The notes under the pieces were generated by a model that did no database searches, was not told the origin of the DNA, and worked only from the letters and a program-made list of their open reading frames with translations. From NCBI GenBank assembly GCA_004764695.1, contig SMSO01000031.1, positions 3,820,436-3,884,435 on the forward strand: DNA of 64,000 nt, written 5' to 3'. This DNA is from Schizochytrium sp. TIO01 (Eukaryota > Protista > Bigyra: Labyrinthulomycetes). The stretch's first letter is position 1. Each line of letters starts with the position of its first letter. Shown piece by piece: positions 36,901 through 49,247 of the stretch. The position numbers and the translations under genes are program-made.

Positions 36901-38028
36901 ATTCACAAACACTGGTTCCGTAGACTCCCGTACATACCCAGACGGTGTCATATAATACCCATCATAACGAAGAATCGCTAAGAGCTCTTTAAGGTTATTG
37001 CTGCATGAACCTAGACCTGGTACTGAGCAAATAACGGAAGACTGCATAGTTCGTGAAAATTGCTCAACCTCGGGTGTCATCACAGTGGAATTTTCACCAC
37101 GCGATTCAATCAGTATCACAGTGTTGGTCAAAAAATCCTCCTCAGCAGCATGTTTGAAGCTATTCATATATGCATTTTCCGCTAATGCAGATCGGCTTCC
37201 GCCAGGTGCTGCAATAGACCCGTTCAGATTAGTGAATAAGTCCAGTGCATGACGGACACCATAAAAAAGTACAAGACTCCAAGCCAAGAGAAAAAGAGGA
37301 CAAAATGTGCGGATTATCCAACCAGGACCGAAGCCTCGAGGCCAAACGCGTTTTCTCAGGGCCCAAGAGCCACTGAAGTCTGGATCACCCTGCCACGGAT
37401 CGTTTGACGAGCCCTCAGTTTGGAATCCTTTTGTTTCATCTGTTGGGGATGGTGGTGGTCCTTGACATGTGCGCCACACAATACAGCAAGGAAGATCAGA
37501 AAAGCATCCAGAGATGCACCCACAGAGAAGTCCCCGTAAGAGCTCAGCGCGTCGCTCGACAATAGTCGTCACTCCTTCGCCTTCCACAGTCAAAAGGTTG
37601 CGATCTTCGTCTTCCGCGAGGAGGAAGAAAGGCCTGTCGCTGGTATCATGGCTGCTATCTGCTGCACTGCTGTCGTTAAAAGCGCTGTTACGTCTCTTAC
37701 GACCAGATGCAGATATAGTACGTGACTTTCTTCTGGCCAAAGAAGAGACCGGTGGATTTGCTGTTGAAAGGTCTTCATAGCCTCGTGAAGATGTAGTACT
37801 AGTTACTGTATCTGGACCTACTTGATCGCTCACATCCTCAAAGCCCTGTCTTTCGCGAAGTTGAAAGTTAGATGTGATGGAGGGTTTCTGTTCCTCCTCT
37901 GTCTGCTCTTGAAAGTTTCTACTATTTATGATGATATTGTGAAGCTCGTCTTCCTCTTCTTCCTCGTCGTCATCCCGCTCTAGCCCAGCAACACATTGGC
38001 TGTTTTCTTTCCGTTGGTGGTTCTTCAT
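33942..38028 (-). CDS. MMPL-family (RND superfamily) membrane transporter, ~1360 aa, split by one frameshift near 34525
   Basis: Two TM bundles with the MMPL motifs ALNVDYALFMLVRYSEEL…TAGKTIGVSG and GCTLDYDSFVVARIFE…TGHVITIAGIIMTVAF…DTFIVRSLLVPALM. ORFs join on removal of one base in GTCTTTCCAA. Confidence 0.88.
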
Positions 38029-40097
38029 CGCCAAAGGCCTTTCAAACAACACTGGATTAAGAAAATGTACGAGGCACAAGCACACCTCGCATACACTACG
38101 CCGTTGAGATCCCTCAGATATTCTGATCCACCTGCAGATTTGCTATGTCTCCCTCCGTCTTTGCCTTTATTATTTTGTCCCTTTCTTTGCTTGTTGCCCT
38201 TTTTCGATCGATCTATGTATCGATGCAGTCTATCAATCTATCTATCTATTTATCTACCAGTAGTATCTTATTTTATCAGTATCTACGTAGAATCTTACTA
38301 TTATCTGTCTATCTATCTACCATCTATACCCAGGTGTTAGTGTTAGTATGAGAAAGATAGAAAAGCACTGATGTATTTTTAAATATTGCCTTGCGTCTAC
38401 CTAGCCTCAATATCTCATTGAGCAAGGTTGGTGACCCAAAAGGCAAAGTCTACTATTATATTAACTCGTTAACATAGCCTTTTGTGCGGACATATATGAA
38501 ACCTAATTATACACAGAAACAGACACGGAAAATACCACATCCTGACGTTTCACTTAACAGTTTTAAACATGGGCCTTTGGCAACTTAATATAAGCTTAAG
38601 ATAAAGGATTTGCTTTTGCAGATAGTTATACAAACTAGCAATCGCTTGTCAATACCTGAAAGCTTGCATTTGAGCTCCTGTTTGCTATTGTGTTTGATAA
38701 ACTAAAGTAAATCGCTATCTTTAATACTGGCTCTAAATCGTCTTCCGCCAGATCTGCACATGATTATGTGAGGCAAAACATTTCTAAGTTGGTCCATGGA
38801 TAGTACCATGGCTATGCTCGGCTTTGTTAATATCAATGCACTGCAGACTCATGAACTTCAATCTACATAAAATAATACTCTATAATACTTTATCAGTTCA
38901 TAACATTGAAGACTAAATGTTAAAATTTGCGTTGGTACAATTCTCCTCACAATTTGTGAACCACTTCTAAGCAAAATCAATCTTGGCTTCAAACAAAGCC
39001 TGACATCTTATCACTGCTGCGTCTGACTAGAAGTGTATTCTGATTCTGGTGAGGGTCGAGATAATATTCCTTCATCTTGAGGTTGACTAAGAAGATTAAT
39101 ATACCTGCAAGCAATTTTCGCGATATAAGTGGAACTCGTTCTGCTCAAATCATAACTAAGCCAACAATCTGCCAGTACAATTATTTTTTTGAAAAGGAAA
39201 GTACATGAGATGGCACTATGCAGTGTATTAATCACGCAAAGTCGTGGTTTGACTAAGGTGAGCTTTCCTTTGTGGCCACAATTTTGGAAAACAAATTGCA
39301 TGGGTCAATATATGTTGAAGGATGGATGTAGTCAGCTAGAGGTTGACCATGAAGATGAGATCCCCTGGAGAAGACTTTAAAAGGGATTAGGAAGGCTTAG
39401 TAAACTTCAGCTTTTGAAAGCTAGATATCTACTGGCCTTAGATCAGACTTATTCATATTATAATAATTCTAATTGTGAGACTCTAGAGAACAATCTTAAC
39501 ATGTACTAGACACCATTGGGGAGGTTAGACCAACTTGTATCATCAGCAATGTTGATAACTTGGTCTTCCCGTCTTCATTTTGTAGAATGTGTACGTCCAT
39601 TCTCAGTTCTTGAATTCATTTCATTTACAACCATCGATCTGGTTGCCTGATTCTAGGCCCTAATTATTCACAATTTAAATTCAAGAAATGTAATTATGCC
39701 ATAATTGGATTTTTGCTTCGACTAGGGACCTCCAAAGTTTAACATGCAATACTTCGGTTGTGTCAGATACTTATTTGTGCTACCGTATATTGACAAATTT
39801 TGGTTGATCGAAGTCCTAGATTCTTTTGTGAACTCCTGAGAAATGATTTTGCTTTCCAAACTTGTGTTTTCCTATTAATATTGGAATCTTTGGATGCATT
39901 TTGCTAAAAGTTGAGGTCTGAGCGATTAGATTTGACAGGTAAGAAGAAGTCAAGTTTACGAAAGGCCTACTAGAGATGGTCTTGGATGCCTTTGTTCTCT
40001 TCACACAATCCTTCGATAGGTTGGTGCCAGCAATTATGGACAATATGGAAGCATCCAAAAGAAATCAGGAATTCGTAATTGATATATTTATTGAGCG

Positions 40098-40564
40098 TGA
40101 CGAGACCCCTGGTCGATTGAAAGACCGCGGGAAAAGAAAGGAATAAGTAGGAGGATAGGCTAGCCTTCCAAAAGGCGAGCGAAGAGGTTGCGTGCGCGGA
40201 GAGCAGTCGCAACTCTTTGAGAAAACTAAGCTGGTGAGTGAGTGAGTTAAGCTAAAGTGGAGACTAAGGAGTCCTGCTAGGTGAGGTCGGTGAGACTCTG
40301 GTGGCTGTAAGTAGCCGGGGGTTTGGGGATGCTTGCCTGTGAGGCTTCCTCTTAGAGAGGTGTAGGTGGAAATGGTCCTGGTTGCAATATTACTTGTTGC
40401 GCACGATACGAGGAAATCTTTTTATCTCTAAAGATTTTCGATTAAAAAGAAATTTTAAGCTTGAAGGGATTGAAAGTTTTCTCTGGTTTTTCTTGATGTG
40501 GGAATATAGGGGCAAATGCATTCAATAGGCAACTTGTATAGAAATAGCCGAGAGGGCCAGGACA
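40098..40564. mobile_element. Solo-LTR-like element, copy A
   Basis: TGACGAGACCCCTGGTCGATTGAAAG…GGCCAGGACA, aligns with copies B-D. Flanks AGCG/AGCT (3 of 4 match, degenerate target-site duplication). Confidence 0.8.
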
Positions 40565-40897
40565 AGCTTGAGGTTGACTAGAGAAGATCAAATCAAGAAT
40601 CTTTGGTCGGAATCGAAGGTCTAAAGAATGAAAATAATTCAGATCCATGAGCTAGCAATGCACCAGCCTGAAAAATTTAATTCATAAGTTTATTTGTGAA
40701 ACTTCTTAGAGAATGTCTCAAGATGTAAGATATTCGCACAGATCCACAACAATTAGATTGATCACGGCGATTCGTCTCAAACTTTAGTACAATTGAGAAA
40801 ATCAACCACAAGGCAAATTGGCGCATTGTGGAGCTGGATATTTTCGGCTTGTTGAATTATTTGAATAACATAGTATGAGTTAGCGATAGCGGAAAAT

Positions 40898-40900
<3 letters not shown>

Positions 40901-40927
<27 letters not shown>
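40901..40927. repeat. (AT)n microsatellite
   Basis: Read directly. Confidence 0.9.
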
Positions 40928-40932
<5 letters not shown>

Positions 40933-41610
40933 CTTTTTTGAACAACCATTATTATTCTAAGTTAAGAATATAAATTATAAGTTTTATATAATAAGCCTAT
41001 AACAGGAGATAATATTCTATAAGGGTTATAAAATTAACTCTCTTTTTGTAAAGTTGAATTCTCTTATTCGTTCTTCTTCTTCTTCTTTAAAAAAGAGCAT
41101 AGGTTTTCTTTGTCCTGGTCTACCACATAGAGTTCCTTTTGAATGATTTACCTCTTTCATTTCATATCAAAATAGAAACGACAAGCTCGTCTCTGAAATC
41201 AAAGTCCATCGAATCTTTCGACTTAAACGTTAACACTTTGAAGTGTGTGCCGATTCAGAACCCAGTCGCAACGAGAAGGCTTGCCGATGCAGCGTCGAGA
41301 GAAGACCCATGCATGAGACTTAATCGCACCTCTTCAAGGCATTAAGCAGGCCTTGGGAGCAAGATACGTAAGCCAAATATAGCTAAGAATTTGAAGCCTG
41401 ATTTGGAGCGATGGCATCGCTGTTTTTTTACCTGCATATTAACCTTTTCGTTTAATAATTAATAGTGGAGGTTTTCTATGTAAAAGGTGCATTATTTCCT
41501 GTTTGATGTGATAAAAATAAATACTTACTTTTTAAGTTTTAAATATAAATGTATCTTCGTCTGAAAGAATCTTTAACTTGAAAGAAATAAAAACCAGTTT
41601 ATCAGAGTAG

Positions 41611-41971
41611 TATCGAGACCCCTGGTCGATTGAAAGGCAATCGCGGGAGACTAAGGAGTCCTGCTAGGTGAGATCGGTGAGACTCTGGTGGTTGTGAGTA
41701 GCCGGGGGTTTGGGGTATGCTTGCCTGTAAGGCTTCTTCTTAGATAGGTGTGCGATTTCCTTGTTGCACGATAGCGTGCACGATAAGAGAAAAAGTTTTT
41801 ATCTCTAAAGTATTTTCGATTGAAAAAACTTTCTTTTTAACTTTTCTTTTAGTAAAAGAAATTTTAACCTTGAAGGGATTGAAAGTTTTCTCTGGTTTTT
41901 CTTGATATGGAAAATGAGGCGAATGCATTCATTAGACAACTTGTATAGAAATAGCCTAGAGGCCCAGGACA
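41611..41971. mobile_element. Solo-LTR-like element, copy B (internal deletion, no TSD)
   Basis: TATCGAGACCCCTGGTCGATTGAAAGGCAAT…CCCAGGACA; lacks roughly 120 bp present in A and C; flanks GTAG/ACTC do not match. Confidence 0.8.
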
Positions 41972-43450
41972 ACTCACCAACAAGCCAAAGTGCAATCGCA
42001 AGCAACATCTTCGCAAAGTCCTCACCCGTCCAACAACTGGACAAGGAAGACTTGGACGACGAACACGCACCACCATATTTCATTACGAGCAACAAAATAT
42101 CACGCACCTACACGCATTCTTTCGCAGTTTCCCATCCAGCCCATGATCACCCAGACAAGACACTTCGTGGGAAAGATCATGTTCCCTCCGACTCGAACAC
42201 CATCTTCGCTCTTGTCACTAACCCTCACTCCTCCACAGCCACACAAGGTGGAATGGAACCAGTTTACCTAAAACAATACTCTGAACTCCCATCACCCTGC
42301 ACTGAAGGATAATCCCTCTCCTGGCTGCTCTTTTGCCAGATTTGCAAGAAGAAATGCATCTCAACGAGCCAACCATACCACGAACCACACCTAGTCATGG
42401 CATGGGACCTCAAAGCACAAATACCTTTTTGTCGCTCACTCCACTATATTGAACTTTAACAACCACCCTGACTCAACCTACGCGTAGCAGTTATCACATC
42501 GGAAATGTGTTTTGCCCTTTAGAAATATTTGCACAAACAATCTTCAAAGAACATTTTCCGCACTCATCTTGGAGCCCCCCAAACCTTCGCGCCGCCCTCC
42601 TTCAAATCATTCAAAAATTACCCAAGCTCAGCGAAGAACACGATTTCGAGCGACTCACTGATTTTGACGCTGCCCTCAACGGTACTACCGTCTGGACTAA
42701 ATCACTCTTCCACGCTTGTAACCAAGCTCTACATCCCAGTGTCAGGACTGTCATCTACGAAGACCGTTGCAATGAATTCGCAGCCTGGCACCACAGAAGC
42801 TTGGTCGCTCTAACTGCTCCAATCACTGTGTATGACATTATTATCATACTTAAGCAATGCCTGGGTCGAATACGTAGCCCCTTCCCTGCTCCAACGCCGG
42901 GAACTCATCGCATTGTCCTGGCTTAGCTAGGCAACGCGACAGCAGTACACCCAGACCGGCAACAAGACCGGCAAAGCACACGTACCTTACCAACGTGACA
43001 CCTAGCAACGACACCTGTCCAGCATGTAATAAAAACCATGTCTTTCTTACATGGAACAAAGACAAATAATGTTTAAACCGCAACTACACTCAGAAACTTG
43101 CTGACTCAGATTTCTAGACATACTAGACACTATTTCTCGCTGCAAACCCTGTCATCGCGAAGCAACAGGAGTTAGCCCTCGCTCGCTGCGAAAAACGCAG
43201 AGCTGACTAAGTCCAAGAACACTAGCTTTGGACCAATCTAACTCCTCACAGCATGTGCGCACAACCTACGGTGCGGTACCTCTATTACAAAAAAAAACTT
43301 GCATCATCGACACACCTCCATTTTCGAAAGTCAAACACCACATTGACCTCCTTCTCCACCTCACCCAGGATGGTACTCTCCTACATACACGTTACCTTTA
43401 TGTTCCTGATAACTCATACGAGCTACAGTAGAGTAGTTAGTACTGACTAC
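41972..43450 (+). pseudogene. Decayed gag/ORF1-like retroelement remnant
   Basis: Strongly C/A-skewed, coding-like across several stops and frameshifts. Helical segment (NLRAALLQIIQKLPKL…TVYDIIIILKQCLGR) followed by knuckle-like TCPACNKNH at ~43010-43040. Confidence 0.5.
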
Positions 43451-44180
43451 TACTTTATTTGGTGAAACCCTCCTCACTCAGTTAGTTGGAATTTCTCTCC
43501 CTGTCGCAATTATATTATTTTACTTGATTAAATAAATAGTACATACAATTATTAAAAACAATACGCATGCTTTATGCCCTCTTAAATTATGGCCTACCAT
43601 ATATGTGTTTTATATAAATTAAGTAAGCATATATTATTAAATATAATAATATATATAGTATATATATATATTATATAACCCGTCTTTGAATGTTTTCAAC
43701 AAAGCTCCTCGGGAAGGAGTTATTTGATATTTATTTATTTATATATACACAATGCCAAAGAAGAAGAAGAATGCTTGACAGGCAAAAAAAAAGATCCTTA
43801 GCAATTCTAGAATGAATGGTTGACTTTATTAATTTAGTTAGAGAACGAAGAAAGGAAGGACAAGACTTGTCTGGGTTATTTGTATATATATAGTATTAAT
43901 ATTGACAATAATGTAAAAACTAGCAAATATCAAATCGTACTATTAACTATATATGGTCTAAAATGAAAAATTAATATCAATATTTGACAAAATAAATGTT
44001 TTGATAAAATTTAATATGATTTTAGAAAATTACACATTTAATATACATTAATTAATATTATTTTTGTTAAAAAGTATTTTTATTAAATTATAGAATAAAT
44101 TGACTTATCATATATTTAATTTAATTTTGTTTATAATGTACAATTAAATCGTAAATATTACATTCATGTAAATGCCATTC

Positions 44181-44221
44181 ATATATATATATATATATAT
44201 ATATTATATTATATATATATA
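44181..44221. repeat. Imperfect (AT)n microsatellite in a very AT-rich tract
   Basis: Read directly. Confidence 0.85.
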
Positions 44222-45922
44222 CAACTTCCTTCTTCCTTCGTAAATAGGGAATCGATGAAATTAAATTTTTGGGCGCTCTAACAGGCCGTCTTCATGAAGC
44301 TCCTCATCGTATCAATTAACTCTATTAGAATATATTAAATATGTTCATTGGTGAATAGGATAGGACAGTAACTACAGCTTTTGCTATTATTGGGAGTACG
44401 TTACGTACGTACTCCTTCCTCTCTCAGAGGTGCAGATGAGTGATTTATTTCATTACTTACTTACATCAATTTAATTAACTGACTAACTAAACTAACCTAG
44501 GTTATCTATCTCAGATGATCAACTAACTGCCAACACAATCTTATTATCATCATCGGGCCTACCTTTGGAAGCTCCACTGGCTTATCAGACAGAATATATA
44601 TAATATATAATTATATAAATATAAATAAATATATATATAATATATATATATATTCAGACTATTTAGAAATATATTTTTATAGTTATCATAAGATTTAGCC
44701 TTTTCAAAAGATCTATTATTGGAGGAAATTAAATCAAATTAGAGAACGTCGACAACCTGTCTATCTTACTTATAACGATGCCTCAACAGTGAATCTTGTC
44801 AAGATAACAAATGAATGGTATTAGGGAGGATACAAACTTGAAGTCCATGCCCAGAACTTTGCAAATAAAATCTCGGCATTAATAATCTTTTGATCACAGA
44901 CATTGAACCAAAATTTGGCATTTAACCAGCAGAAGGAGCGTTAGAATATGTGGCTGACGACTCATGCGGGTACTTTCAGCACAAACAAACCCCCTACAAC
45001 TTGAAGATCTTGAATATGAGGCTGGCTGGCTATGGAACATAAGAAAGAAACAATATGACTACTAAATTTGAGAACGTACAATTTCTAGAAACGTCAAAAG
45101 CACGTAACTTGGGACGGGCTTGTTTATTTCACGCCCACGTATGGCGAGGATGGAGCAACCAACAGACATTGAATTTTGTGAAATTTCCTTGTGAATTTGT
45201 ATGATCTAAAAGATGTCGCATAATTATAATATTAATTTAGTCTTTCCCGGGGCTTGTTTCCAGAGACAACCTGACTCTAAAGTTCAAGGTTTATCTATCT
45301 TTAAAAGACTTCTCCGAATTTTTTTTGTTAAGGGGCTATAAAAGGGCGCGACTAAAGACCACTCGTCAATACCTAGGATATATACCCCGGTCCCATATAT
45401 AGATTACCTCTTGACATTTTTTTAGTTGCTCGTCTTGATCTTTATATGTAAAATTTATCTGCCCAAATCCATCTCTCGACATAATGTTTAGAGAACATTG
45501 AGTTCAGCATCCAATACTATGTAGGCCTTTCTCCTATTTTAAACATTTTCGGTACAGCAAGTCCTGAGAAGATGCATCTCTTCTTTTTTATGACTTTCAT
45601 GGGTAATTTAACAAACTGGTTTGATGTGTTTTGGGCAAATTTCATGCTTAATGTTTTTATGGACCTATGAGAACCTATATAGCTGTTATCTAAAGTGAGC
45701 AGATCTCTTCTCAAATTGCTTATGCGGTGATCTTGGTCAGTGTTACGATCTTATCAAGATGGTTTAGACCACTCTCTTCTCCTTATACCCTATCTACTAT
45801 TACTCCCTGCTCTGCACAGCAGTTCCACTCATTCCAGGTCTCATCTAATAACCTCTTCATTTAAATTAAACTCAACAAGCAATCTCTTTTCTGCCACATT
45901 TGTAATCACTCGTTAACAAAGG

Positions 45923-46412
45923 TGTCGAGACCCCTGGTCGATTGAAAGGCAATTGGCGGGGAAGCGGATAGGCTAGCCTGCGGAAAGGTAACGAAGAGAA
46001 TGCGTGCAAGGAGCGCAGTCGCAACTCGCAGCTCTTTGAGAAAACTAAACTGATGAGTGAGTTAGTTGAGCTAAAGCGGAGACTAAAGGAGCCTTGCTAT
46101 GTGTGAGCTCGGTGAGACTCTGGTGGCTATGAGTAGTAGGAGGTTTTGGGTGTGCTTGCCTGTGAGGCTTCTTCTTAGGTAGGTGTGTGATTTCCTTGTT
46201 GCACGATAGCGTGCACGGTAAGAGGAAATTTTTTATCTGTAAAAGATTTTCGATTAAAAAGAAAAATTCTTTTTAACTTTTCTTTAAAGTGAAAAATAAA
46301 AGAAATTTTAAGCTTGAAGGATTGAAAGTTTTCTCTGGTTTTTTGATATGGAATATGAGGCGAATGCATTCATTGGACAACTTGTATGGAAATAGCCTAG
46401 AGGGCCAGGACA
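45923..46412. mobile_element. Solo-LTR-like element, copy C (intact ends, 4-bp TSD AAGG)
   Basis: aagg|TGTCGAGACCCCTGG…GGGCCAGGACA|aagg; TG…CA termini with a TGTC/GACA inverted repeat; 490 bp. Confidence 0.88.
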
Positions 46413-46894
46413 AAGGTGAAGACGCGAGCGCTACGTTCGTCCTTCACGCTGCTGGCTAGTGCCGAGCAGCGTGACCTCTCGAAGTCCAGGTCCTCGTGCT
46501 CTCCGCTATCAATTATGCACCCCTTTTTACCAGGAAAGAGTGAGTGAGGTTGACTTATGAACTGCAATGGAATTTGTTCTTTTTCTTTTTAAACCGCCTT
46601 CCATTTCCTGGGCGTCCCTTGAAATTCATTTGCATCTAGAAACCGCTGGCTTAATTGTGGCGATGCATCCCAGATCCCAAGAGAAGCTTGACTATACCTT
46701 CCAAAGTTTTTAGCAAACATGGCTTGGAATAGGAAAGACCATGCAAAACGTCCAGTTCAAATCTGACCAATTCTGTTTATTATGTTCTATGAAAATTTGA
46801 AAAGTAAACCATCTAGCGTACCCTTTGTAAATTTATTTAATTCGGCACTTTGAGCGTTTTCACATGACCGTTAGATAATGATATATGTACACTT

Positions 46895-47371
46895 TGTCCT
46901 GGCCCTCTAGGCTATTTCTATACAAGTTGCCAAATGAATGCATTCCATTCGCCCCTATATTCCACATCAAGAAACCAGAGAAAACTTTCAATCCTCTCAA
47001 GCTATATATATATATTTTAATAGAAAAGTCAAAAAGAAAAACCTTTTAATCGAAAATCTTTTAGAGATAAAAAAGATGTCCTCTTATCGTGCAACAAGGA
47101 CATCGCACACCTATCTAAGAAAAAGAAGTTCCACAAGCAAGCATACCCAAAATATCGAATCACTCAAGTCTCACCGGCCACACCAGCCAAAACTTCTTAG
47201 CACACACATATAGCTAATTTAACTTTCTCACACGAGCTTATTTTTCTCAAAGAGCTGCGACTGCGCTCCACGCACGCTACCTCTTCGTTCACCTTTCTGA
47301 AGGCTAGCCTGTCCTCTCACAGATCCCTTCTTTTCTCTACGATTGCCTCTCACTTAACCAGGGAACCCGGC
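46895..47371. mobile_element. Solo-LTR-like element, copy D, inverted relative to A-C and more diverged
   Basis: Begins TGTCCTGGCCCTCTAGGCTATTTCTATACAAGTTG (reverse complement of the A-C end) and ends CCAGGGAACCCGGCA. Confidence 0.8.
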
Positions 47372-47573
47372 AATTCTTTAATGTGTGCATTTATTATATG
47401 CCTGGCATGCACCGAGTACTTTAGTAGCCCCTTAACCCACTTGGTTGTTTGAAAAGACATAGAAGCAAACAGTTCTAAATAGAAAAAGAAGAGAAACAGC
47501 AAATGACGACTTCGTGCTGTATCATTTTAAAATATAGAAATTAACACAGTTGCTTGGAGTGTACTTTCATTCC

Positions 47574-47604
47574 TTTCCTGGCCTCCCAGGCTATTTTTCC
47601 TACA
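47574..47604. repeat. Short relic of the same element terminus
   Basis: TTTCCTGGCCTCCCAGGCTATTTTTCCTACA resembles TGTCCTGGCCCTCTAGGCTATTTCTATACA. Confidence 0.5.
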
Positions 47605-49224
47605 CTCTAACCTGGAATTTAGATTGATTCATGAACGTTTCCTTATTGATCTCAATTGAGGACGCTGAGATTGAAATTTAAAAGATTATGTATAGTGATG
47701 CGTATAAGGGAACATAATATCAGTTGCACAAGGCATTGCTACAGCCCTTGGCTTACCCTAGAAAAACAGAAACTTAAACATACTTAGGAGTAGATCAGGA
47801 CAATAAGGACATTTAGATACATGGTCGAGGTATTGAGGAGTCCATGATGGCAGGTTCACCTACATATTCAATGGAAAGTAAATAAGAAAAACCAAACTGA
47901 CGACAAGGAGAAAAATTGGCCTTATCTCTTCAGTTCCACATAAGATAAATCATGTGTATCTTCTAACACTAAGTCAATTACAAAATCAGTCCGCATTACA
48001 ATTCATTATTTCGAATCAAGCAAATTACAAACTATAGAACCTAACTATAGAAACTTTCTTAGTTTCTTCCAAGCATTCAAGCATCTTGCCTTTATTTTGT
48101 TAGTTAACCTTGTGAACACTAGAAGAAGAGACTTTAAAGCAGAAATTCATGAGGATTAGAGGAGAGCACGAGAAAATCCGATTCTTTTAAGTTGGAGACC
48201 AGCTTGTGATTGGTTGCCAACATGCTGAATGAGTTGAAGGGTTAATTCAATAAAAATTCTCCAGGAAGTCATGGTAATGTCCTGCAAAAGGCCGCAAAGA
48301 AAAGTAGCACTCCACTCCAGAATCAAGCAATTTGGGAACAATATTTTCAATTCTCTAATTAATAATCCATACGTAAGTCATACGATGAAATATGCAGTCC
48401 AAGAAGAAATATGATCGATAATCATAATCCAAGAAATCAACAAACTCCAGGCAATCAGCGAACCCACATCTCAGACAAGTCCAATTCAAGCTCATTACTA
48501 GCAACAAAATCAACTCAGCCACTAAAAGCTAAGCTCTGACCGGCTGAAAGGATAAAGGTTGGAACCTAGGAAACATGGTAAGGCTCTAGAACGAATTATT
48601 AGCTTAGGCTTAAAGAAATAGGTATCTGCTGACCTTGAAGATAAATAAATACGAAGGGGGGAGGGGTGATTCATATTCAATTTAGGAAAACAATACAAAT
48701 TTGATCTATATTATACAAGACTCAAGGGGTTTAGGTAACTTTGTTTGTTTAATCACCGATTCAGATTTTACCGTTACATAACATGTTGTGCACTTTCAGT
48801 CTCTAATTCCATTGGCCTCACAACTTTGTTTCTGATAGTTAAGCTATTATTATTTGTAATTCCTACTAGTAATGAAGTTATAAAAGTTGTGCCAAGGGCT
48901 CCAGGAATGTCTTCTTCGCATGACCCTACAACAGGTAGATTCAGCACTAACCTGGGGAAAAAGTATCTCTAGCTAGCCTCTGAACTATGTACCCATGTTT
49001 CATAACAACCTATCGCTATAGATAAATATAGATGGCTAGACTCCATCGGTCTAATTTTTCCGAAAAACTTCTCAGTTCATAATCCTTATCAAGGGCTGAA
49101 AAAGAGCATTACTTTTTAAGACGTCATCAAGCATTTAATGCCTTACAACAACATCCCAATAGTAAATAGGGACCTTTTATGACTAACTGCATTTCTCAAA
49201 AATTTGATAGCATTTAGTGAAGTG

Positions 49225-49247
49225 TTTTTTTTTTTTTTTTTTTTTTT
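49225..49247. repeat. Poly(T) tract, 23 nt
   Basis: Read directly. Confidence 0.9.

Noticed and set aside
7849-38028. AcpS plus MMPL as a lipid/polyketide gene cluster
   Set aside because: 26 kb apart, separated by unrelated housekeeping genes, and no synthase in the window.
41611-46412. Copies B and C as the two LTRs of one full-length retrotransposon
   Set aside because: C has its own TSD on both sides, the outer flanks do not match, and no PBS, PPT or pol is visible.
40442-47213. Recurring small ORFs (MHSPH…KPEKTFNPFK…) in the repeat copies
   Set aside because: Frames, starts and stops are not conserved among copies; by-products of the repeat.
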